A stretch of DNA of 30,925 nucleotides from Promethearchaeota archaeon (GTDB taxonomy: Archaea > Asgardarchaeota > Lokiarchaeia > Sigyniarchaeales > SOKP01). Shown here in pieces: positions 17,607 to 26,748 of this stretch. The notes below the pieces were generated by a model, which was not told the origin of the DNA, did not search any database, and was given only the letters and a program-made list of their open reading frames with translations. Both the position numbers and the translations under genes were made by a program. Every line of letters starts with the position of its first letter. The stretch's first letter is position 1. Where the stretch lies: positions 1 through 30,925 of the forward strand of contig JBHLNT010000035.1 of NCBI GenBank assembly GCA_048941265.1, read 5' to 3'.

Positions 17607-18122
17607 TTATTCATTTTTTATAAGCCATTGTGCCATCATTTTAAATACTTTATGAACATTATATCCTGTTTTTGATGATGTCTTTATATAATCCATCATA
17701 TTGAATGTATCCTTGATATTTAGGGCAGTATCATCATTAATTGCAATAGCTTCCTCAAGATCCAATTTGGTTCCAACAAGTATAATTGGTAGATCTAAGT
17801 CGTGTATTCTGAAAATATTAATCCATTCTAAAATTCCACTCATTTTTGGCATTCGAGTCAAATCTATTAAGAGTAATGCACCTCTCGCACCCATTACATA
17901 ACTAGACATAAGATGCCTAAATTGCTCTTGACCTCCTAAATCCCAGAGTTGAAGTGCACATTTTATGCCATCAAAATTCATCTGCTTTATGAAGAAATCA
18001 ACGCCTACAGTCATAATGGTACTCTCATCAAACATACCATCTACAAATCTGCGTAATAGTGTTGTTTTCCCTACACTAGCATCGCCACCGATTAGAATTT
18101 TAAAAAGGAAATATTTTTGCAT
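17607..18122 (-). CDS. Rab-like small GTPase
   Basis: LFKILIGGDASVGKT, TVGVDF, LQLWDLGGQEQFR, VGTKLD, TSSKTG. No prenylation motif. Confidence 0.93.
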   Translation of the reverse strand: MQKYFLFKILIGGDASVGKTTLLRRFVDGMFDESTIMTVGVDFFIKQMNFDGIKCALQLWDLGGQEQFRHLMSSYVMGARGALLLIDLTRMPKMSGILEWINIFRIHDLDLPIILVGTKLDLEEAIAINDDTALNIKDTFNMMDYIKTSSKTGYNVHKVFKMMAQWLIKNE

Positions 18123-18234
18123 TAATTAAAAATCCCTGTTTTGATGAGTATTCAATTAATTAATAATGATTTAATTTTATTAATTTTGGTGTTTTTCTGG
18201 TCTATTTCTCCAATAATATCCTAAAAATATAATT

Positions 18235-20514
18235 TTAGTTTAAATCGAATTTCAAAATCTCATCTATTTGTTTAAAATGAGAATTTAACCTTTTGTTAAG
18301 AATTTTTTGAAGTTTAATTTTTGAAAGATTATGAGGATCCTTCCCCATCAACTCTATGGTCGTTTTCTCTGCAATATTATGACATTCCTTACCAATTTCT
18401 GCTAATAGTTTATGATTTTGATTATTTGCATCAAATTTCTTAATTGGCACCTCAAACGGAATTTTAAAAATATGTCTGGAGCTTTTTTTTATTTTAACCT
18501 GTTTCGATATTAGAATTGAATTTAGGATTGATGATAAATAATAAGCTTCATCAAGATTATTTGTATCATAAAAAGATAAATCACTGGTTATTAAAAAATC
18601 TCCTATGACCACTGCGGAATTTATCATAGAGCCTGAATTATTATACACACATTTTATTTTAGATTGTTGTCGAGGATTTATTAGCTTCGACCATCGATTA
18701 AGATTGTCCATAAGCGATGCATGTTTAGTAGTATCTTTTTTGTTTTTCAAATATATTTGATTGATTTTATCATAGAATTTCTTAGCATTATCAGTTAATT
18801 TATTGTATTTAAAACTTAGATCATTCTTAGAAAGAGGTAAAAAAACATTGTAATAATTAATCACATGAAATTTAATTAACTCCGTACTTTTTATAACGTT
18901 GAAAATATATTTTTTTTCTATAATTTCATTACTAAATTCTTTAATATTCCATGGAGCTTTTGCCCTCTTGAATATTCTCGTATCTGGATCTATTTTAATT
19001 AATTTATTTTTTATTTCTTCATAATTCACGAATATTAGATTTCTTGGATTTAAATCTGCTCCCTTATGGAATAGTTTTTTATAAATACTTTCACCATAAG
19101 GTAAAAGATCTTTAGTTAACTTTTGTGAGATAAATTTCTTTGTATAGGTCCTTTTGCCTCTTTTCTCAATAAAATAAGGTAATAAATTATCTTCCTCAGC
19201 AATTTCTAATACTAATTTACTAAAATAATCAATCTGGTTTGCTTCACTTTTTATTTTCACGTAAAAATGTTTAATCTCTTTATTGTACAATTTTGACTTA
19301 TTTTCTGATTTTTGTGCAAATAGGCAGATGAAATCAATGTTGAACAACTTTTCTAATCGCGGTTCAAAGCTCCATATTTTAACGTTCTTAAATCCCCTAA
19401 AATTGCGGAAACGGGAAGCATGGGAACCTGTTATCACTCCTTTGGTTATAACTAAGAAAACCTTACCATTATTCTTTAAATAAACTTCTTTTGCTTGGTA
19501 AAAAAATAGCGCAGAAATTTCAATATTCAAGATGTTTTTTGGTAAGGGTTTTATATCTAATTTTTCTGCTAACATTTTTATCTGATTTTGATATTTTATT
19601 GAGGAGATTTCCCGAAAAGTATACCAAGGAGGATTTCCGATAATTAAATCAAATGAATTTAAAAAATTTTGAATTAAAACTTTATTATTAGGAATAAATT
19701 GTTGAGGAAAAAGGGAATCTACAACAAATAGACATATCTTTACCTTTGGAGAAAATTCCTTAAGCAATATTAAAAAATTTATTTTAGTTATGAAAATAGA
19801 AATAGGGTTAATATCAAAGCCATAAATATTATTTATCGCTAAAATCTTTTGTTGTTCAGTTTTATTTGACGATAGAATTCTCTTTATTATCTCTATTAAA
19901 AAATTCCCAGAACCACAACAAGGATCAAGAATTCTTTCACCGAAATTATATGAATTATCTATCATTTTTTCTACTAAAAAAGGCATAGTATAAAATTCGC
20001 CACTTTTATGTCTAATTATAGGTGAAATTATTTTTTGAATCAGAAAATCAAACTTATATACAGGTTCAATATCTAATTTAAAAAGATAGTCAGCTAATGC
20101 ATTGATTAGTGATGGAAGAAAACTTATTTTATTGCTTTCAAGTAAGGAAAATATCGGATTAAAATACTCAAAATCAAAAAGATCAATATTTTTAAACTTA
20201 GTTTTGACTTTATATTGTAGATTTTTAACGCTTGAAATGAAATGCTTATTATTATAAACTAATTCAGCTGTTTTTAAGACATATTTTGATACGAAGGAGT
20301 GTCCGATGAAAAATATTAAAGCAATAGTTATATAAAGTTGAATATTTGTATTTTTTGAACCATAAATTATTTTAAAATCGTTTTGCCATTTTTTAAACTC
20401 TGCTACTTCATAAATTTTATCTTCAAAAAGAATTTTCTCTAACTCCGTGACCTCATGTTTAATGATTATAAAATCAAATTTGATATTTTGGGAATGTTTT
20501 GGGTTAGAAATCAA
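18235..20514 (-). CDS. N6-adenine DNA methyltransferase (gamma-class motif order) with C-terminal target-recognition region
   Basis: GEFYT (motif X), ILDPCCGSGNF (motif I), IYGFDIN, FDLIIGNPPW (motif IV), and C-terminal YYLSSILNS. Confidence 0.85.
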   Translation of the reverse strand: MISNPKHSQNIKFDFIIIKHEVTELEKILFEDKIYEVAEFKKWQNDFKIIYGSKNTNIQLYITIALIFFIGHSFVSKYVLKTAELVYNNKHFISSVKNLQYKVKTKFKNIDLFDFEYFNPIFSLLESNKISFLPSLINALADYLFKLDIEPVYKFDFLIQKIISPIIRHKSGEFYTMPFLVEKMIDNSYNFGERILDPCCGSGNFLIEIIKRILSSNKTEQQKILAINNIYGFDINPISIFITKINFLILLKEFSPKVKICLFVVDSLFPQQFIPNNKVLIQNFLNSFDLIIGNPPWYTFREISSIKYQNQIKMLAEKLDIKPLPKNILNIEISALFFYQAKEVYLKNNGKVFLVITKGVITGSHASRFRNFRGFKNVKIWSFEPRLEKLFNIDFICLFAQKSENKSKLYNKEIKHFYVKIKSEANQIDYFSKLVLEIAEEDNLLPYFIEKRGKRTYTKKFISQKLTKDLLPYGESIYKKLFHKGADLNPRNLIFVNYEEIKNKLIKIDPDTRIFKRAKAPWNIKEFSNEIIEKKYIFNVIKSTELIKFHVINYYNVFLPLSKNDLSFKYNKLTDNAKKFYDKINQIYLKNKKDTTKHASLMDNLNRWSKLINPRQQSKIKCVYNNSGSMINSAVVIGDFLITSDLSFYDTNNLDEAYYLSSILNSILISKQVKIKKSSRHIFKIPFEVPIKKFDANNQNHKLLAEIGKECHNIAEKTTIELMGKDPHNLSKIKLQKILNKRLNSHFKQIDEILKFDLN

Positions 20515-20675
20515 AAATCACTTTCCTCTTTCATTAGGAACTAAATTAATCATGTCTTAATATTGAAATATAAATTTTCTTTTTTACTAATAATAAGTAA
20601 TAATATCGAGAAATAAGTATTAGTCAAAATTTAATAAGCAATTTTTTTATATATATTTCAAATCATCTTTAATAT

Positions 20676-21293
20676 GTGGAAACGTTGACTAGCTCTGAAA
20701 TTAAAATTTCAAAAAGATTTGAAAAAGGAGTTTATTTTTCATGTGAAATGTGTGGAGCTTGTTGTCGAGGTTTTGACGAAGGAGAAGTATATATATATGA
20801 AGATGATATTATTAGGCTTACCAAATTTTTAAATATGAAGAATAAATTTAGCCTTAGAAAATTTGCCAGAAAATACCTTAAACTTGTAGACAATACTTTT
20901 TTTTGGAAGGAACCAGGTGAAAGTAGAGGCAAAAACTATAAATTTAAAACATTAGGTTTTAAATTTACCGGTGAAGACGAGCATTGTGAATTTCTAGGAG
21001 AGGACAATAAATGTACTGTTCATAAAGCAAGACCTTTTCAATGTATTGCATTTCCCATGGGATGGAATATGCTAATGAATAGCATTACTAATTTCAAGGA
21101 TTATTCAAAAAAATGTCCGGCGCTCAGAAATTCTCTTGAGAATGAGGGAGGCCATTTTTATTCACGAGAAGAAATTATAAGATTAGCGACTCAAGAATAT
21201 GAAATGGAAAAACGATTTTTTCTGAAAATGAAAAATTATAATTTTGATATTTTTAAAGTGTATAAATTTCTTCCTAAAGATATAACTTGTTAA
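20676..21293 (+). CDS. YkgJ-family cysteine cluster protein
   Basis: FSCEMCGACC...CEFL...CTVHKARPFQCIAFP...CP. Confidence 0.88.
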   Translation: METLTSSEIKISKRFEKGVYFSCEMCGACCRGFDEGEVYIYEDDIIRLTKFLNMKNKFSLRKFARKYLKLVDNTFFWKEPGESRGKNYKFKTLGFKFTGEDEHCEFLGEDNKCTVHKARPFQCIAFPMGWNMLMNSITNFKDYSKKCPALRNSLENEGGHFYSREEIIRLATQEYEMEKRFFLKMKNYNFDIFKVYKFLPKDITC

Positions 21294-21513
21294 TTAAATA
21301 GCAATTTTATATAATTTAAAATTCAAAAAGAAGAAGTTATTAATAAATGAGTTAATACCCATAAGAAAGAGTTGGAGGTAATATTCTTTTTAAGCAAAAA
21401 GGATTAGTTTTATAACAAACTACTTAGATTTTTTATTTTCTATTACGAATAATTATTAAAAATTTAACTTTATATAAATTATAGAGAATTTCTCTTTTGG
21501 AGGAAGACTTGCC

Positions 21514-23913
21514 TTGAAAATTGGATTGTTTATATGTGACTGTGGGAAAAATATCTCGGGGATCATTAATAATAAAAAATTAATTGAGCACTTTAGGGAA
21601 TATCCGGACGTAAATGTTATTGAGAATCAATATTTATGTTCTGAATCGGGATTAAAAGAGCTAACTGATGAATTAAAAAAGAAAAAAATCGATCGGGTTG
21701 TTGTTGCAGCATGTTCTTTTAAATTACATGGGCAACTTTTTCGTAAAACTATTGAGCAAGCAGGAATTAATAGATTTTTAGTTTCATTTGCCAATATTCG
21801 TGAACAAAATTCATGGGTTCATCCAGAAGAACCTGAAAAAGCAACCCAAAAAGCAATAGATCAAATTACAATGGCAATTGAACAAGTTAAACTTTTAGAG
21901 CCTTTAGAAGTACAATTTTCAAATATAACTCCCTCAACGTTAGTAATAGGGGGTGGTATTGCGGGTATTAAAGCTGCGATGGTAATTGCAGATGCGGGAT
22001 ATAAAGTTTACTTAGTTGAGAGGGATCTAACTATTGGAGGGCATATGGCACTTTTTGACAAAACTTTTCCCACTCTAGATTGTAGTATTTGCATTTTGGG
22101 CCCTCTAATGAGTGAAATTAAAGATCACGCTAATATTGAGTTATTAACGTTCTCTGAAGTGAAAAAAGTTGAGGGGTATGTAGGTAATTTTGATGTAACT
22201 ATTCAAAAAAATCCTCGATTTATTGTTGAGGAAAATTGTGTAGGATGTTTTGATATATGTAGAGATGTTTGTCCTATAGACGTAAAAAATACATTCTATC
22301 CGAGAAAAGCAATTGATGTACCTTATCCCCAAGCTATCCCATTACTTCCTAATATTTTACAAGATTATTGTATAGGTTGTAAAGCTTGCCAACAAGCTTG
22401 TGGAGATCGAGATGCGATAGATTTTGATCAAAAAGCCAAGGATATTAACATAAACGTAGGTTCCATTATCGTCGCAACCGGATTTAAGACATTTGATCCA
22501 TCCATTTTAGGAGAATTGAACTACCAAAAATACCCTGATGTTATTACTACGATGGAAATGGAGCGATTGCTTAATAATGATGGTCCCTCGAAAGGTAGGG
22601 TTATAAGACCCTCAACTGGAGAGCCTCCGAAGAAGATTTCCTTTATCTTATGTGTCGGATCTCGAAATGAAAAAATTCATCACGACTATTGCAGTCAAGT
22701 CTGTTGTAATGTATCTATAAAGCAAGCCGTTCTGTTAAAGCAACAATATCCGGATATAAAAATAAGTATATATTATAACGATATAAGAGCTGTTGGAAAA
22801 AATTGTGAGGAATTTTACAACCGAGCAAGGGAAGTCTTTGGTATAAAATTTATTAAAAGTAATATTTCTGCGATTTTAAAAAGCGATGTAAGTGATCAGC
22901 TGTTGATTCGAGGGGAAGATGTTATTGAAAATCGACTCTTCGAAAATAAATCTGATTTAGTAGTATTGGCAGTAGGGTCTGAACCTGCTGAAGGTACAGA
23001 GAAGTTAAGCCAAATCTTAAATATATCTCAAGATCCATACGGATTTTTGCTCGAAAAACACCTTAAAGTTAGACCCTCTGAAACTTCCGTCAATGGGATA
23101 TATTTAGCAGGAATGATACAAGGTCCAAAAGATATTCCTTCTAGCATTGCTCAAGCAGAAAGTGCGGCAGCTAAGGCAATTGCACTTATAGCAAAAGGAA
23201 AAGTAGAATTAGATCCTCATATTGTGTGTCTTGATAAAGAAAAATGCGATTTATGTAGATTATGCGAAAATATTTGTATATATAATGCGTTAAAAATTGA
23301 AAATAAAACATTAGAAGTTATACAAGCTAATTGTACAGGATGTGGTGCATGTGCTGCCATGTGTCCGCAAAATGCATTATATATTCCCGGGTTTACAAAA
23401 CAACAAATTTCGGCACAAATTAGAGCAATCTTACAGAAAAAAAGTGAATCTCCTTTAATAATAGGTTTTCTATGCAATTGGTGCTCTTATTTAGGTGCGG
23501 ATCTGGCGGGGACAAGTAAAATAACGTATCCAACAAATATCAGAACAATACACGTGATGTGTACTGCAATGCTCGATCCCTCATTAGTTTTTGAAGCTTT
23601 CTTTAATGGAGCTGATGGGGTCTTAATTGCTGGTTGCCATGAGCAAGATTGCCACTATCAAACAGGATTTATTAAAGCCAAAACACGATATGAAAGCATA
23701 AAAGAATTACTTGCCGAAACAGGAATAAATGAAAATAGAGTAAGAATTGAAAGCATCTCTGCGGGAGAGGGTGAAAAATTTGCTCATGTTGTCGCTGAAT
23801 TTAAGGAACAACTAAAAAAGCTAGGTCCCATAAAACCTGATGAATACAAAAGACCTATCCTCACAGAAAAAGAAATAAAAGCAAAAGAAAAAGCAAGATT
23901 AAATGAAATATGA
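21514..23913 (+). CDS. hdrA: heterodisulfide reductase subunit A fused to C-terminal MvhD [2Fe-2S] domain
   Basis: KIGLFICDCG, VVVAACS, ANIREQ, VIGGGIAG, DKTFPTLDCSIC, ferredoxin motifs, CVGSR, YCSQVCC, then MvhD motifs GFLCNWCSY.GAD.AG and GVLIAGCHEQDCHY. TTG start with GGAGGA SD. Confidence 0.93.
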   Translation: MKIGLFICDCGKNISGIINNKKLIEHFREYPDVNVIENQYLCSESGLKELTDELKKKKIDRVVVAACSFKLHGQLFRKTIEQAGINRFLVSFANIREQNSWVHPEEPEKATQKAIDQITMAIEQVKLLEPLEVQFSNITPSTLVIGGGIAGIKAAMVIADAGYKVYLVERDLTIGGHMALFDKTFPTLDCSICILGPLMSEIKDHANIELLTFSEVKKVEGYVGNFDVTIQKNPRFIVEENCVGCFDICRDVCPIDVKNTFYPRKAIDVPYPQAIPLLPNILQDYCIGCKACQQACGDRDAIDFDQKAKDININVGSIIVATGFKTFDPSILGELNYQKYPDVITTMEMERLLNNDGPSKGRVIRPSTGEPPKKISFILCVGSRNEKIHHDYCSQVCCNVSIKQAVLLKQQYPDIKISIYYNDIRAVGKNCEEFYNRAREVFGIKFIKSNISAILKSDVSDQLLIRGEDVIENRLFENKSDLVVLAVGSEPAEGTEKLSQILNISQDPYGFLLEKHLKVRPSETSVNGIYLAGMIQGPKDIPSSIAQAESAAAKAIALIAKGKVELDPHIVCLDKEKCDLCRLCENICIYNALKIENKTLEVIQANCTGCGACAAMCPQNALYIPGFTKQQISAQIRAILQKKSESPLIIGFLCNWCSYLGADLAGTSKITYPTNIRTIHVMCTAMLDPSLVFEAFFNGADGVLIAGCHEQDCHYQTGFIKAKTRYESIKELLAETGINENRVRIESISAGEGEKFAHVVAEFKEQLKKLGPIKPDEYKRPILTEKEIKAKEKARLNEI

Positions 23914-24428
23914 AGCTGTTCTTAAATTACTGGAAAGCCTTAAACTTTGCTATAATCAAATATGGAGATTTGAAACGTAAATCTGGAGATATTCATTACT
24001 TTATTCATCCTCTTCGGATTACATTAATTCTTAGAGCTACGGGTTATAATGAATTTGATCATGAGACCCTAATGATTGCTGCATTATTTCATGATTTAAT
24101 TGAAGATACAGATACTTCCTTAAGTGAAATCGAAAATAAATTTGGTAAAAATATTGCCTCCATCGTAAATCAAGTAAGCATCCCAATAAAGGCAGAAAAA
24201 GAAAAGCATCTAAAAAATCTCAAAAATGCGTCTATTGAAGCAAAAATCATAAAATTAGCAGATCGTTTAGATAATCTTATTGATCTGCCCCTAGAAGCTT
24301 GGTCAAAGGATCAACAAAAATCTTATGCTGAACAAGCGAAAATCATTTTAAAATCTTGTGGAGATGCCAATTCTGAATTGGCATTAAGGTTAAAGCAAGA
24401 AATTGACAGAATTTTGAATCAAGATTAG
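23910..24428 (+). CDS. HD-domain hydrolase of the RelA/SpoT small alarmone hydrolase (Mesh1-like) type
   Basis: RKSG..YFIHP, IAALFHDLIEDT, FG..IA.IV, and IKLADRLDNL. 4-nt ATGA overlap with hdrA. Confidence 0.85.
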   Translation: MKLFLNYWKALNFAIIKYGDLKRKSGDIHYFIHPLRITLILRATGYNEFDHETLMIAALFHDLIEDTDTSLSEIENKFGKNIASIVNQVSIPIKAEKEKHLKNLKNASIEAKIIKLADRLDNLIDLPLEAWSKDQQKSYAEQAKIILKSCGDANSELALRLKQEIDRILNQD

Positions 24429-24585
24429 ATAATTCGCTCAAAAAAAATATAGTTAGTAACTCATTTGTTCTAGATAACTTATTTAAAATTTTTATATCTC
24501 CGAATTCTATAAATCTTATTAAGAGAATTATGCTATCATATAATAATAAGAGGATTAAATCTTAAATTTAACTTTAAAAAAGATA

Positions 24586-25869
24586 ATGAGAATAAGAGCA
24601 ATCACTATTGGGCAAAATTTTCCGATTTTCTATGAATTCCTCGAAACTGAGGCATTCCTTGAAGAAAAACTTGAGAAATTTAAACCTTTTTTCAATGGAT
24701 TAATTGAAGAATTTAAAAGAATTAATTTACCGGTAGAAACAAAGCGAATCTGTTCCCAACCTTTATTAATGTACGAAAGTCAGCTAACTTATAGAAAAGA
24801 TGTTCAGGAGACTTTATCTCTTTTACATGAGGAATTCTCAATTCTACAAAAGCTATTCAAAAAATACGGGATTGATTACTTTGCATGTAGCACGATGCTA
24901 GCAGATGAATTAGGGCATTTTGGTATATTTGAAAAGTTAATATTAGACGAGTTTGATAAGTATTTAAAAGAATTTCCAAGCCTTTTTACTTCAATCCCCG
25001 TCATTTCGGAAAATAAAATAAGTTTTCCTGCTTTAAAGTCGGCTGCAAAAATTATTAAAAAGCTCTCTGAGCCTGATCCTTTTAAAAATTTACAGTTTTG
25101 TGTTAGCTGTAATGTTCCGCCAAACACCCCCTTTTTTCCAGCAGCGTATCATAGTAACTCCGATAAACCAGCCTTTTCAATAGCATTAGAAATGGCAGAC
25201 GAGATTATCTCTATATTTAACAAAGCTTCAAATTTAAAAGAGGCAAAATTTAATTTAGAAAAAAGATTCGATGAAATTTATGAAGAAGTTTTGAAGATTT
25301 CTGAAAGAATCAGCTACAAGTATAATTTAGAATTCAAAGGTATGGATTTTGCTCCTGCTCCTTTTCCACGGTTCGATCGGAGTATTGGAACGGCAATTGA
25401 AAGTTTTGGAATTGAATATTTTGGTGGCCATGGCTCATTATTTGCAATTGCTCTTATAGCAAACTCCATACCAAAAAAAGAAAAAGTAATAGGCTTTTCA
25501 GGAGTTATGTTACCCGTATTAGAGGATTTTACTTTATCTCTAAGATTAAAGGAAAAGAAATTTACTATTGACACATTATTGCTGTATTCAACTGTATGTG
25601 GTACTGGGCTAGATTGTGTCCCATTACCTGGTAGTATCACCGAAAGAGAATTATTTTATATCCTATTAGATCTGAGTACTATATCTATCGCTCATCATAA
25701 ACCGCTTACTGCGCGATTAATGCCAATACCCGGCAAAGAAGCGGGAGATGATGTAAAATTTGATTTTGAATATTTTTCCCCCTCTAAAGTAATGGATATT
25801 AAAAGATTATCCGACTCCAAAAAAAATGACATATTTAAACGAAATGAGGACATTTTTAATTTTCTTTAA
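24586..25869 (+). CDS. DUF711/UPF0210 family protein
   Basis: MRIRAITIG, N...TPFFPAAYH, G.D...APFP, IGFSGVMLPVLED, YSTVCGTGLDCVPLPG, and KPLTARLMP. Confidence 0.88.
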   Translation: MRIRAITIGQNFPIFYEFLETEAFLEEKLEKFKPFFNGLIEEFKRINLPVETKRICSQPLLMYESQLTYRKDVQETLSLLHEEFSILQKLFKKYGIDYFACSTMLADELGHFGIFEKLILDEFDKYLKEFPSLFTSIPVISENKISFPALKSAAKIIKKLSEPDPFKNLQFCVSCNVPPNTPFFPAAYHSNSDKPAFSIALEMADEIISIFNKASNLKEAKFNLEKRFDEIYEEVLKISERISYKYNLEFKGMDFAPAPFPRFDRSIGTAIESFGIEYFGGHGSLFAIALIANSIPKKEKVIGFSGVMLPVLEDFTLSLRLKEKKFTIDTLLLYSTVCGTGLDCVPLPGSITERELFYILLDLSTISIAHHKPLTARLMPIPGKEAGDDVKFDFEYFSPSKVMDIKRLSDSKKNDIFKRNEDIFNFL

Positions 25870-26014
25870 TCTAAAGAAAACATTTTTTAACGTAGATACC
25901 TAAATATAATTGAACTATTCTAATGAAATGTAAAAGATTTAAACAATAATATCTAAATATTAAATGGAGTAGATAATAAGTTCCAAAGAAAAAGAATAAA
26001 AAGAATAACGTTCC

Positions 26015-26476
26015 ATGATTGAAAATATTTCTAAAGAAAGAAAAAGTAAGGATTTACTATTTTTTAATGAAGCTATCGAATATTTCAATAGATTTGATAA
26101 GAAAGATTTTGTTTTTAATCAAGATCCTACCCAATTAAGCCCAAATCAATTAAGAGATCAGATGCTCACAGAGTTAAATAATTTAAGAGAGATCATTGCG
26201 AATCATCCCGACTTAAAATTAAAAAATCTTAGCGAAGAAGAGAAAAAACTGTATTCAGAATTTATGAAATTCTACTCAACTTGTCCCATATGCCTCGAGA
26301 CTTTGCATTATGCGAATCTGAAGAAATTCTATTTTGATGAGGACACTCAGGAAATTAAAGAAAAATTAATTCAATTCATGAATATTAATGAAAAAAAGAG
26401 AATTAAAAGATTGAATTATGATTTCGGAATACCTTGCTGTAAGTGTTTTAAGCAATATTTTGAAGATATAGAATAA
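26015..26476 (+). CDS. hypothetical protein, probable zinc-binding (CPIC...CCKC)
   Basis: 153-aa ORF with a helical N-terminal half and two distant CxxC pairs. No family recognised. Confidence 0.65.
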   Translation: MIENISKERKSKDLLFFNEAIEYFNRFDKKDFVFNQDPTQLSPNQLRDQMLTELNNLREIIANHPDLKLKNLSEEEKKLYSEFMKFYSTCPICLETLHYANLKKFYFDEDTQEIKEKLIQFMNINEKKRIKRLNYDFGIPCCKCFKQYFEDIE

Positions 26477-26748
26477 AGATCGAGAAATTCCTTCTTCATT
26501 TTAGAGTTGGATTATCTGCTATTATTAAACTCTTAACAAGGTTTAAATAATTAAGTGATGTAATAAAATTAAGAAAGAATTAATCAATTTAACCAAAAAA
26601 TACTCTTCTTATTTCTATTTCTTATTTTTTAAAGTTGGAATTATAAAATATTACAGAAAAAGATAATAAATTGCTCAAATCTATTTTATTTAATAAATAT
26701 CAATTATTATTCTACACAGATATTTTGCTGTAATATGAGGGATATATA

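Noticed and set aside
21514-23913. Selenocysteine recoding in HdrA/MvhD (known in Lokiarchaeota)
   Set aside because: No in-frame TGA before the end, the relevant positions are Cys (DCSIC, CNWC, GCHEQDCHY), and the terminal TGA is explained by the ATGA overlap.
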